Source: Spirochaetota bacterium
Lineage (GTDB): Bacteria > Spirochaetota > UBA4802 > UBA5550
DNA length: 64,000 bases
Direction: 5' to 3'
NCBI GenBank assembly: GCA_963664815.2
Contig: CAXXHB010000003.1
Coordinates: forward strand, 2,912,001 to 2,976,000
Positions 1 through 9,059 of the stretch are shown piece by piece; the stretch's first letter is position 1, and each line of letters begins with the position of its first letter. The translations under genes were made by a program, and so were the position numbers. The notes beneath the pieces are model-generated. The model saw only the letters and a list, made by a program, of their open reading frames with translations. It was not told where the DNA came from and did no database searches.

Positions 1-67
1 TTCTTTCAGAGGTAATTCCTCTGTCATTTATTATCGGTATTATCGCCCTGTTTATCAGATTGTTCAT
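1..67 (-). CDS. 5' end of a gene running off the window (MNNLINRAIIPIINDRGITSER...)
   Basis: ATG at 67 preceded by a GGAG RBS; frame open to the window edge; product unidentifiable. Confidence 0.45.
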   Translation of the reverse strand, partial: MNNLINRAIIPIINDRGITSER

Positions 68-389
68 TCTTTTCTCCTGCATAAAGCTTCAAAGAGATAA
101 ATTAAATCTCATTAAATAATCGGCAAATGCATTCTTATTAACTTAACGTTTTTTAAAAAACAGGTAAATTTTAAATAATTTATCTGAATCAAGCACTTTA
201 ATTACAGGGAGATAATGTTTAAACCGGCCTATGATGAAATTTTAAATTATGTCTCTCTCTGTCAAATTGATATTTACTGACAAACCACAGACAGATGCAG
301 TTAAGAACGGATCAAAACAGATGACTTTTATAATTATAATTTTCACAAATCAGATGCAGATATATTAATCATAAATAATTTTTCGAATA

Positions 390-1226
390 TTATGAATGAG
401 ATTTAATTCTGTCATATATTTCGTATGGAATCGGTTTTGAAGGGAGGTAATATCCGATTTTCTCCTCCTTATCTCCATGGTAATCACTTCCGCCGGAGAC
501 TAGCAGATTATACCTCACCGCAAGTTCAAGGAAATCGTTGATCTCTGAAGCCTTATGCATTGAAGAGTAGACTTCAAGTCCATCCACTCCGACCTCAATA
601 AATCTTTTAAGAATGTTTTCAAACTCTATCATGTTTTTATAATTCAGAGAAACCGGATGTGCAATGATAGATACTCCCCCAGCTCCCTTAATAAGACTGA
701 CAGCCTCTTCAAGCTTAATCCTTTCTTTTTTCACATAACCAGGTTTGCCTTTTACAAGGTATTTTTTAAAAACCTCATTTATATTATTTGCATAACCATA
801 TTTAACAAGCACACGTGCAACATGAGGGCGACCTATCGCTCCCCCAGCGCTCTCCAGAAGTACATCCTCAACAGGAATTTCAATCCCATGTTTTTCCAGA
901 TCTTCAATTATTCGATAAATACGCTTATCCCGGACACTCTGAAGATGAAGAGTCTTATCAATCAGAGGTGAATAACTGTAATCTATGTACAATCCAACCA
1001 GATGAAACGACCCCCCCTGGTAATCTATACTGAACTCAATCCCCGGGATTAATTCAAACTCTTTACACATTGCGTATTTCACAGCCTCTTCAAGCCCTGA
1101 AACAGTATCATGATCGGTTACAGCAAGCACTTCTACATTTCTTTTAATAGCAAAATCTATAAGTTCTGACGGTGTTCTTATCCCGTCAGATGCAGTTGTG
1201 TGACAATGCAAATCTATCATTTTCAT
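390..1226 (-). CDS. PHP-domain metal-dependent phosphoesterase (TrpH/YciV-like)
   Basis: DLHCHTTASDG, AVTDHDT, GRPH, AHP and GGSDYHG motifs; start trimmed to MKMIDLH. Confidence 0.9.
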   Translation of the reverse strand: MKMIDLHCHTTASDGIRTPSELIDFAIKRNVEVLAVTDHDTVSGLEEAVKYAMCKEFELIPGIEFSIDYQGGSFHLVGLYIDYSYSPLIDKTLHLQSVRDKRIYRIIEDLEKHGIEIPVEDVLLESAGGAIGRPHVARVLVKYGYANNINEVFKKYLVKGKPGYVKKERIKLEEAVSLIKGAGGVSIIAHPVSLNYKNMIEFENILKRFIEVGVDGLEVYSSMHKASEINDFLELAVRYNLLVSGGSDYHGDKEEKIGYYLPSKPIPYEIYDRIKSHS

Positions 1227-1460
1227 AATTCGATTTTTCAAAAACAGAATTTTTATGTCTACAATTATTATTAAAACCATCAGTATTTAATGAGCTTTTT
1301 ACCAGGTTTAATGTGTATTTACCAATGAACTAATGTGATTAAAAATGCTCTATGATCCCCACCCTTACCGACAGTGATGCATAATAATTCTTTTTAAGAC
1401 ATAAATATATGTTCAGAGATTATAATCGTGTAAAATGATTTTAACAATACAGTTTTGATA

Positions 1461-1488
1461 TTGACATGTATCGTTAAAACAATATTCT
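1461..1488 (+). promoter_or_regulatory. sigma70-like promoter of the ROK kinase
   Basis: TTGACA-16 nt-TATTCT. Confidence 0.5.
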
Positions 1489-1567
1489 GAATATAGTTAA
1501 TTGAGAAATCAGAATTTATTCTGAATAAAATATAATTCATAGCATTACAACAGGTGGAGGATATTGA

Positions 1568-2521
1568 ATGTTTATAGGGATTGATATAGGTGGAACAAAT
1601 ATTAAAGGCGTTCTTACAAACAGGGATGGATTAATAATAAGTTCAGGAAACGTCCCAACTCCTGACAATACAAGAGAAATTGATAAAAGTATAGTTGCGC
1701 TGATTGAAGTGCTCGCTTCTGCAGCAAAAACAGATAAAACTGAAATTGATGCCATAGGGATTGGCGCGGCTGGTTCAATTGACAGAAGAAGGGGGCTGGT
1801 TATTAACAGTCCGAATGTACTCTGCTGGAAAAAATATCCTCTTGCATCGAATATTGAGATGATTACCGGAATAAAGACATTCCTGGAAAATGACGCTACT
1901 GTTGCCTGCGCCGGCTTCTGGTGGGGGAATGAAAGTGAAAAGTTCAATAATTTTGTAATGGTTACTCTCGGTACCGGCATAGGGGGGGGTGCTGTTATAG
2001 ATGGTAAACTCTTTACCGGACAGAATGGAAGCTCTCTTGAAATCGGGCATATGACTATAGATGTTAACGGAAAAATGTGTGCATGCGGAAACAGAGGATG
2101 TCTTGAACTGTATGCATCCGCTACAGCACTTGTAAAATATGCTGAATCGAACCTTAAAACATATAAAAATTCATCCTTGAAAGATATAGGAAAAAAGGAT
2201 AAGCTTACAGCAAAAATTATATATGAAGAAGCGTTGAAAAATGACGAGCTTTCAGTAAAATCCATTGAATATATCTCAGTTCACCTCGGAGCAGGTATTG
2301 CAAATATTATAAATATTTTAAATCCTGAAGCAATAGTTCTTGGCGGTGGTCTTTCAAACGCTCAAAAGCTCATTATGCCAATTGTAAAGAGAACTGTCAA
2401 AGAAAGGGCAATGAATGGGATGAAAGAAAATGTTAAAATTCTTGCCGTAAAAAACCAGTCTATCATACCGGCTTTCGGAGCTGCAAAGATTGCCATGGAC
2501 AGATTAAAACATATAATGTAA
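1568..2521 (+). CDS. ROK-family sugar kinase (glucokinase-like)
   Basis: GIDIGGT, ENDA, GTGIGGG, EIGH and CACGNRGCLE zinc motif; GGAGG RBS. Confidence 0.92.
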   Translation: MFIGIDIGGTNIKGVLTNRDGLIISSGNVPTPDNTREIDKSIVALIEVLASAAKTDKTEIDAIGIGAAGSIDRRRGLVINSPNVLCWKKYPLASNIEMITGIKTFLENDATVACAGFWWGNESEKFNNFVMVTLGTGIGGGAVIDGKLFTGQNGSSLEIGHMTIDVNGKMCACGNRGCLELYASATALVKYAESNLKTYKNSSLKDIGKKDKLTAKIIYEEALKNDELSVKSIEYISVHLGAGIANIINILNPEAIVLGGGLSNAQKLIMPIVKRTVKERAMNGMKENVKILAVKNQSIIPAFGAAKIAMDRLKHIM

Positions 2522-2670
2522 TCTCATTGGAATATATAGTACTCAACACAATAAAAATGGAATAAAGATATATCTACTACCTATTAACACTCCACTGAAA
2601 ATAATACTGGCATGTTATATTTAAGATCTTCTCCTCTTGAACTATAGCAGCTAATAAAATAATTAGGCCC

Positions 2671-2776
2671 TGTCATTTCGAACGTAGGTGAGTGCTTCGG
2701 CTCCGCTCAGCAATCGTTTATAACGGTCAGTGAGCCTGCTGAACTGTTCAGTCGCTACCGCTTCTTCAAAATTACA
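2671..2776. repeat. degenerate nested REP-like palindromic element
   Basis: outer IR TGTCATTTCGAA / TTCAAAATTACA (2 mismatches) enclosing CTTCGGCTCCGCTCAG...TGAGCCTGCTGAAC; GC-rich island in an AT-rich spacer. Confidence 0.55.
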
Positions 2777-2812
2777 GACTATGTTCTATTTAAATCGTGA
2801 AATGTTATAAAC

Positions 2813-2847
2813 CAGAATATATGAAAAAGTGTTTTTCATATATTCTG
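2813..2847. repeat. perfect 16-bp inverted repeat upstream of pheS
   Basis: CAGAATATATGAAAAA-gtg-TTTTTCATATATTCTG. Confidence 0.8.
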
Positions 2848-2944
2848 AACATTTTCCTTGACTTTTAACAGGTCTGCGAACTTATTGGAATATTTGATAA
2901 TCACCGCGCTTTTTTACGGATACTATAATTTCAGGATTTAATCT

Positions 2945-3976
2945 ATGGAAGAAAAACTTAATAAAATAAAACAGGAAGCGATGGAGATAATAAACTCCTC
3001 AAAATTTCTCGACGAGATTGAAGATATCAGGGTTAAATTTCTTGGAAGAAAAGGAATGCTTACACAGATACTCAGGTCACTTGGCGAGCTTTCTCCTGAA
3101 TTGAGAAACACTATCGGTAAGAAATCCAATGAAATCAAGAAAATCATTGAGGACGCTCTCGATGCTAAAAAGAATGAACTTTCAAAATCTGGTTTTAATG
3201 AAATCGCATCAACTGAATGGATTGATGTAACCCTCAATCCTGCAGTCTCCGCAAGAGAAAGAAAACAGGGTTTCCTTCACCCCCTTTCCAAAACACAATA
3301 TGAAATAGAAGACATACTTACATCCATGGGCTTTCAGATTCTTGACGGCCCGGAAGCAGAAACCGAATATTTTAATTTTGAAGCTCTTAATATTCCCAAG
3401 TTTCATCCTGCAAGGGATATGCAGGATACTTTCTGGACCGAAGACGGCAACCTGCTCAGAACACACACTTCGGCAATACAGATTCGCGGAATGGAAAAGA
3501 TGACTCCTCCTTTTCGCATTATGGCACCAGGGCGTGTTTTCAGATACGAGGCAACTGATGCATCGCATGAACATACCTTCTATCAGGTTGAAGGTATGAT
3601 GGTTGGTAAAGATACTTCCGTTTCACACCTGATATATATAATGGAAGAGGTTCTCCAGGGTATATTTAAAAGCAAGGTTAAGGTAAGACTCCGCCCTGCA
3701 TATTACCCTTTTGTTGAACCTGGATTTGATCTGGACTTCAGCTGCATGATTTGCGGAGGCAAAGGATGCCGTGTATGCAAACATTCCGGCTGGATTGAAT
3801 TCCTCGGATGCGGTCTTGTCCATCCCAACGTTCTGCGTGCCGGCAATATAAATCCCGATGAGTGGTCCGGATTCGCCTTCGGCATGGGATTGAACAGGCT
3901 TATTATGATGCAGTCAGGGATAAATGATATACGCCATTTTATGAGCGGCGACATCAGATTTGTTCATCAATTCTAA
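2945..3976 (+). CDS. pheS: phenylalanine--tRNA ligase alpha subunit
   Basis: HPARDMQDTF, LRTHTS, PGRVFR, YYPFVEP and GFAFGMG motifs. Confidence 0.98.
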   Translation: MEEKLNKIKQEAMEIINSSKFLDEIEDIRVKFLGRKGMLTQILRSLGELSPELRNTIGKKSNEIKKIIEDALDAKKNELSKSGFNEIASTEWIDVTLNPAVSARERKQGFLHPLSKTQYEIEDILTSMGFQILDGPEAETEYFNFEALNIPKFHPARDMQDTFWTEDGNLLRTHTSAIQIRGMEKMTPPFRIMAPGRVFRYEATDASHEHTFYQVEGMMVGKDTSVSHLIYIMEEVLQGIFKSKVKVRLRPAYYPFVEPGFDLDFSCMICGGKGCRVCKHSGWIEFLGCGLVHPNVLRAGNINPDEWSGFAFGMGLNRLIMMQSGINDIRHFMSGDIRFVHQF

Positions 3977-3994
3977 GGCAATGAGGTAGATCAA

Positions 3995-6391
3995 ATGTGG
4001 ATTTCACTTAAAATAATAGAACGCATGACTGATATATCCGGAATTACCCCGGAGGAAATAGCAGACAAACTCACAATGTGTACAGCGGAAATCGAAGGCG
4101 TAGAATATATTAACAGTTTTTTCAGAACAATCATTACAGCAAAACTAGTAAGCGTTGACCGTCATCCGGACGCTGATAAACTGACCATCTGTGTCGCTGA
4201 CACAGGAACTGAGAAAATACAGGTTGTCTGCGGAGCGCCTAATCATAAAACCGGAGACATTGTTGCTCTCGCAACAGTGGGAACGAAATTCAGCGAAGAA
4301 TTTTTAATTAAAAAAACAAAAATCCGTGGTGTTGAATCAAGCGGAATGCTCTGCTCATTGAGAGAACTCGGTCTTTCTGATGATCACAGCGGTATACATA
4401 TCTTCCCGGAGAATACACCTGTTGGCAAACCACTAAGTGAAATATTCAGTGAATGGATGGATGTTAGACTTAACATAGACAACAAATCGATTACTCACAG
4501 GCCGGATTTATGGGGACATGAAGGATTTGCCCGCGAAATTGCTGCGCTCTTTGGCAGAAATTTCAGAAGACCTGTAAACAGTTCAATCATCTCCGGGATT
4601 AAAAGCAGCGACAATCTTAAAGTAAAAATAAAAAGCCCTGAAGCGGCACCAAGATACACCGCTCTCGTAGTTGATAATATAAAAATTGCCCAATCACCGG
4701 ACTGGCTCAAATCTGCAGTTACCACTCTCGGAATGAGACCTATAAACAATATAGTAGACATAACAAATTATGTAATGGCCGAAATCGGAGAACCGATGCA
4801 CGCATTCGACCGGAAAAAACTAAAGGGTAATGAAATTATGGTTCGCCTTGCAGATAAAGGCGAGAAGATTACAACTCTTGACGGCAGATCTCACGAACTT
4901 ACCCAGGAGGATATAGTTATTTCGGATGCCAGCGGTCCTATAGCTCTCGCAGGTGTAATGGGTGGAGGAAACAGTGAAGTGGAAGACAGCACAACTGGAA
5001 TAGTTCTTGAGGCTGCCACTTTCAATCCTGTAAATATACGGAAAACAGCTCAAAGGTTCGACTCAAGAACAGAAGCGGCAATGAGATTCGAAAAAACACT
5101 CTCACCGGAAATTACAGTTGATGCCATTGCAAGATGCTATGAACTCATCAAAGAGATTATTCCATGTGCCGAAGCAATCTCTTCGATAGTTGATGATTAT
5201 CCTGTTCCAATTAAAAATTCTGAAATTGATGTAAAAACAGATTATATCAGAAAAAAAATTGGCCAGAATATTGACGATAACAATATAGTTAAAACTCTCA
5301 CGGCTCTTCAGTTTGAAGTAAAAAACGATGAAGGAAACCTGCATATTACAGCACCACACTTCAGGTCAACTAAAGATATCACCATGAAAGACGACATAGT
5401 TGAAGAGGTGGGGCGGATTTTCGGATACAGGAATATTGAACCGACGCCCCCATTTGTTGCATGCGTTCCCCCTGTTAAAAATCTTTTCAGGTATTTCGAA
5501 AGAGATGTTAAAAACATACTGACTCAATCCTTCAGCATGACAGAGGTTTCCGGATACTCTTTCACGGGTGAGGAAACCCTTAACGCTTTGAAGATCAATG
5601 AAGATAAGGAGTTGAGGCTACGAAATCCTCTTTCTATTGAGCTCGACAGACTTCGCCGGAGCCTTGTGCCTAATATTCTGCATTTCATTAAATACAACCA
5701 GAGATTCTATGATAATTTCGATCTTTTTGAACTCGGCAGGGTCTACCTTAAAGATGAGCGTAAATCTTCCGATCTTCCCTATGAAAATTTCAGAACTGCC
5801 GGGACAGTATTCATGAAAAAACCGGAGACCCCTGTATTCTTTGAGGCTAAAGCTGTTGCAGTCGGATTAATTGAAAAGCTAAGAATAAAAAATTATAAAC
5901 TGATCCCGGCAACTGACTCTCTCCCATCCTACGCTCACCCAGGGAGATCAATGAAAATTGAGGTTGATGGGAAAAATGCAGGCCTCATATTTGAAGTTCA
6001 CCCGGAAATATCACAAGTGTACGAGTTAAACGGTAAGGCTGCGATCTTTGATCTGGATCTTAACATACTTTTCAACGCAGAAAAAAATCCGGTGAAATTC
6101 AGTGAACTTCAGAAATACCCCGAAGTTCCTTTTGAAATCTCAGTAGTTGCAGATAAACAGACCTATAGTGAAGAGATTCTGAAAATTGCAAGAAAGTCTG
6201 ATAAAAACAGAATTATCGAAGCAAGGGTTATATCTGTTTATGAAGGATCACAGCTTCCGAATGACAAAAAATCAGTATCGATAAAGATAGTTTTCGCATC
6301 GAAAGAAAAGACCCTTGAGCCACAAGAGATTGATGAACTTCAGAAAAAAGTGATATCTTGTCTGAATAAAGAAGGTTATACTCTGCGATGA
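3995..6391 (+). CDS. pheT: phenylalanine--tRNA ligase beta subunit
   Basis: HPDADKL, VVCGAPN, RPINNIVDITNY, GEPMHAFD, DIVEEVGRIFGY and C-terminal FDX-ACB domain; follows pheS. Confidence 0.98.
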   Translation: MWISLKIIERMTDISGITPEEIADKLTMCTAEIEGVEYINSFFRTIITAKLVSVDRHPDADKLTICVADTGTEKIQVVCGAPNHKTGDIVALATVGTKFSEEFLIKKTKIRGVESSGMLCSLRELGLSDDHSGIHIFPENTPVGKPLSEIFSEWMDVRLNIDNKSITHRPDLWGHEGFAREIAALFGRNFRRPVNSSIISGIKSSDNLKVKIKSPEAAPRYTALVVDNIKIAQSPDWLKSAVTTLGMRPINNIVDITNYVMAEIGEPMHAFDRKKLKGNEIMVRLADKGEKITTLDGRSHELTQEDIVISDASGPIALAGVMGGGNSEVEDSTTGIVLEAATFNPVNIRKTAQRFDSRTEAAMRFEKTLSPEITVDAIARCYELIKEIIPCAEAISSIVDDYPVPIKNSEIDVKTDYIRKKIGQNIDDNNIVKTLTALQFEVKNDEGNLHITAPHFRSTKDITMKDDIVEEVGRIFGYRNIEPTPPFVACVPPVKNLFRYFERDVKNILTQSFSMTEVSGYSFTGEETLNALKINEDKELRLRNPLSIELDRLRRSLVPNILHFIKYNQRFYDNFDLFELGRVYLKDERKSSDLPYENFRTAGTVFMKKPETPVFFEAKAVAVGLIEKLRIKNYKLIPATDSLPSYAHPGRSMKIEVDGKNAGLIFEVHPEISQVYELNGKAAIFDLDLNILFNAEKNPVKFSELQKYPEVPFEISVVADKQTYSEEILKIARKSDKNRIIEARVISVYEGSQLPNDKKSVSIKIVFASKEKTLEPQEIDELQKKVISCLNKEGYTLR

Positions 6392-6500
6392 AGTTTTCAA
6401 TACTGCTGTTGTTATCTGCTAAACATTTTTACCTCTTTAGAAACTGGCGGGAGCGATTAGCATGTGAATGATTAAAAAATATAAACTATTACCTTTTAAA

Positions 6501-6538
6501 ATAAAAGCTGACAGAGATGTCAGTTTTTATTTTTTTAT
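6501..6538 (+). terminator. probable intrinsic terminator of pheST
   Basis: ATAAAAGCTGACA-gaga-TGTCAGTTTTTAT followed by a T-run. Confidence 0.6.
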
Positions 6539-6580
6539 TGTTGAATTATTGATATTTAATTTATCATCATTATACTAATT

Positions 6581-7321
6581 ATGGTAAACGATAATTTAAT
6601 AATTGCACCGGGAATCCCGGGGAAAAATACAGCATCATGGACGGAACAGGATTTCAAACTTGCCATTAAAAAATTCAGGCAAAACGCTCCCACTGCTCCA
6701 CTCCCGAGATTATATGAAGCCTACAAATGGCTTAAAGAACATATTGATATACATGATAACGAATCTGATAAGCAATTCACATATTTCATTGAACACTTTT
6801 TGCAAATACTTGAGAAACGCGGAGCCGGCAACAGCGAAATATACAGTGAAGTTCTGAGAGATTCCGCTGAATATAAATATTTAAAAGAGCTTTTCCACAG
6901 CAGCAAAGAAGAGGATAAAGAACCGGAACCGGAAACAATAATTCAGAAAGCTGAACATCCTGTTCTTAAAGAAAAAAAGATTACACTTAAAAGTATATTA
7001 CGACAAAAAAATCCATCTCTCTCTGTTTATGACATCAATTCATGGAATAAACTTGTAAATGAGCATCTCAGAAGTTTTGCAACTGAAGAATCCTTTGTAA
7101 AAAACTGTTCCAGTATAATCTCCAATATTAATAAAACACCTGATAAAGAACCATTTCACCTGGAAATAGTAATCGTTTATGCATTAGAAATGATTCAGCT
7201 ATATAAGAAACCGTCACTTAAAACAAAAGATTTCGCATTGAAACTATTAAATCTTATGACAAATAAAATGGAAATATGGACAGTATTGCATAAAGAATAC
7301 CTGGAAATTATTAAAAAATAG
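6581..7321 (+). CDS. hypothetical helical protein
   Basis: 246-aa ORF filling the gap between pheT and the CYTH gene; no recognised motif. Confidence 0.7.
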   Translation: MVNDNLIIAPGIPGKNTASWTEQDFKLAIKKFRQNAPTAPLPRLYEAYKWLKEHIDIHDNESDKQFTYFIEHFLQILEKRGAGNSEIYSEVLRDSAEYKYLKELFHSSKEEDKEPEPETIIQKAEHPVLKEKKITLKSILRQKNPSLSVYDINSWNKLVNEHLRSFATEESFVKNCSSIISNINKTPDKEPFHLEIVIVYALEMIQLYKKPSLKTKDFALKLLNLMTNKMEIWTVLHKEYLEIIKK

Positions 7322-7325
7322 GGAA

Positions 7326-7850
7326 TTACAAAAAATATTTCAGTTCCAGATAGGACCTTCTCTCAAATTTTGTAAGCCCGAGTTTTGAAGCAGTAACAAA
7401 TAATTCCTGTTCTATATCTTCTTTCATCTCACCTATTTTTTCAATCTCCACAAATGTTCCAAGACCATCAACATAATCGATTGATATTTCCATTCCATTA
7501 AATGAAAAGATCTCTCTCTCTTTTTCTATTATTCCGCTCTCAACAAAACCGAGGCTCAACAATATATTTCGCATTGTATCGAAATTATCCACCTCTGTCT
7601 CATGTTCAACCCGGGCTTTAGTAGTCGCACTGACCTTGGGACCCTTATAGGTAATCCTGCATTTATTATTAACAATACGAAGTCTCAAAGCTTCATCTGT
7701 GTCTTTAAAATTTCTTGAAGGATGGTTAAAATAAATATCACGCTCATCCCTTTTCTCAATAAAACAGGCACCAGCCACTCCAAGGAGTTTTTTAACCTTT
7801 GCATCATCATCGCAGTAGCATTTTATTTCAATCTCAAGCTTATTGTTCAT
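7326..7850 (-). CDS. cyaB: CYTH-domain protein (class IV adenylate cyclase/triphosphatase-like)
   Basis: EIEIK motif, DIYFNHP, DEALRLR, TYKGPK, GLGTFVEIE and RSYLEL; start reset to MNNKLEIEIK with a GGAG RBS. Confidence 0.85.
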   Translation of the reverse strand: MNNKLEIEIKCYCDDDAKVKKLLGVAGACFIEKRDERDIYFNHPSRNFKDTDEALRLRIVNNKCRITYKGPKVSATTKARVEHETEVDNFDTMRNILLSLGFVESGIIEKEREIFSFNGMEISIDYVDGLGTFVEIEKIGEMKEDIEQELFVTASKLGLTKFERRSYLELKYFL

Positions 7851-7854
7851 ATCT

Positions 7855-8625
7855 TCATCTCCTGAGTGGACCGCCAATAGAGAGACCATCACCACCAATT
7901 GTTTTTCTTCTTTGTCCATTAATTTTTATTATTATACTATCTACATCATCAAATTGTGTTGCAGTATGGACAATCTGTTGAATTCTCTTTAAAAGAATAT
8001 CGCCGGCAGCCCCCTCCTCTATTGCGCTGTTAAAATCAATCTCAGCAGTCTTACCTTTAATATCGATGTTTCGAATTTTTAGATTAGATGGCACTGCCGT
8101 TATATATCCCTTATTGATCTCAGAAGCTGATGGGCCTTTTATAAGATGCTCAAGAGTCAAAGAAAGGAGCTTCTTTTCCGGCAATCTCCTCTTAACATTG
8201 CTCAGGTAGATTTTTTCACTTTTCTCGTCGAGTTTAAGGAAAAAAAGAAAAACCTCCTTTTCAGACACAGCTTCCTGTTCGTTCTTTTTTTTATCCTTTG
8301 ACAATGATGTTTTATCCATACCCGATTTATCTGTCCCGGTTATCACTTCTGATTTAACATCAACAGCTTTATCTTTTGATATTTCACCCTTTTCTTTAGC
8401 AGATTCTGTTTTTTCAGCAGCATTTTTAAAATGTGGGAGAGTCAATTCACCTTTTTCATAAAACTTATTCAGAAGCAGTACAATAACTGTAATGAGAATA
8501 ATAATGACAAGCACATAAAACGGACCGTTACTACCTCCACTACTTTGTGCAGTAACATGTTTTGGCGCTCTCATTGAAGGTTTTTTAACAGATGATTTTT
8601 TATTTCCTTTTTTTTCCGGAGACAT
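7855..8625 (-). CDS. GerMN-domain membrane-anchored protein
   Basis: single TM segment, charged linker, then LIKGPS..E...GY.TAVP and QIVHTATQF..VDSI.I.ING. Confidence 0.85.
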   Translation of the reverse strand: MSPEKKGNKKSSVKKPSMRAPKHVTAQSSGGSNGPFYVLVIIILITVIVLLLNKFYEKGELTLPHFKNAAEKTESAKEKGEISKDKAVDVKSEVITGTDKSGMDKTSLSKDKKKNEQEAVSEKEVFLFFLKLDEKSEKIYLSNVKRRLPEKKLLSLTLEHLIKGPSASEINKGYITAVPSNLKIRNIDIKGKTAEIDFNSAIEEGAAGDILLKRIQQIVHTATQFDDVDSIIIKINGQRRKTIGGDGLSIGGPLRR

Positions 8626-8777
8626 TTGGATCCTTTTCGTTATCAATAAAATTCAGTAACAGTGAATATGTTTAAATAACATTATATGTTACCGATCACT
8701 GCTATTGTATGCCGTGATACAGATATCATTTTCAAGAACAAGCCGATGAAATAATAAGCAGTTAATTATAATAAATC

Positions 8778-8807
8778 TTGACTTCAAAGTATTATATAAA
8801 CTATAAT
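8778..8807 (+). promoter_or_regulatory. sigma70-like promoter of the sensor kinase
   Basis: TTGACT-18 nt-TATAAT. Confidence 0.55.
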
Positions 8808-9059
8808 TATACTGTTCAGGCATTTACATTTTAATGATATAATATTCAGTAATTCAGTCAGGAACTATTAATTGAATTTCGAATCAGTTTTCACTAACCG
8901 GCTTAGAAATATGATAATACAATCTGTGTTATAATTTCAGGCTTTCCTGGTTAATAATAGCTTCTTCGAAATGAATACATTATAAAATATAAATGACTGT
9001 AAAGTCATTCGAAATTAAAAACTGAATAGAATTAATCAAAATCAATAATAAGAAGCCAT

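Noticed and set aside
1982-1989. Poly-G tract as a phase-variation site
   Set aside because: It encodes the conserved GIGGG motif of ROK kinases in frame.
2522-2944. T-box or pheM-like attenuator before pheS
   Set aside because: No GGTGG.ACC T-box or Phe-rich leader was seen; the GC-rich part is better explained as a REP-like repeat.
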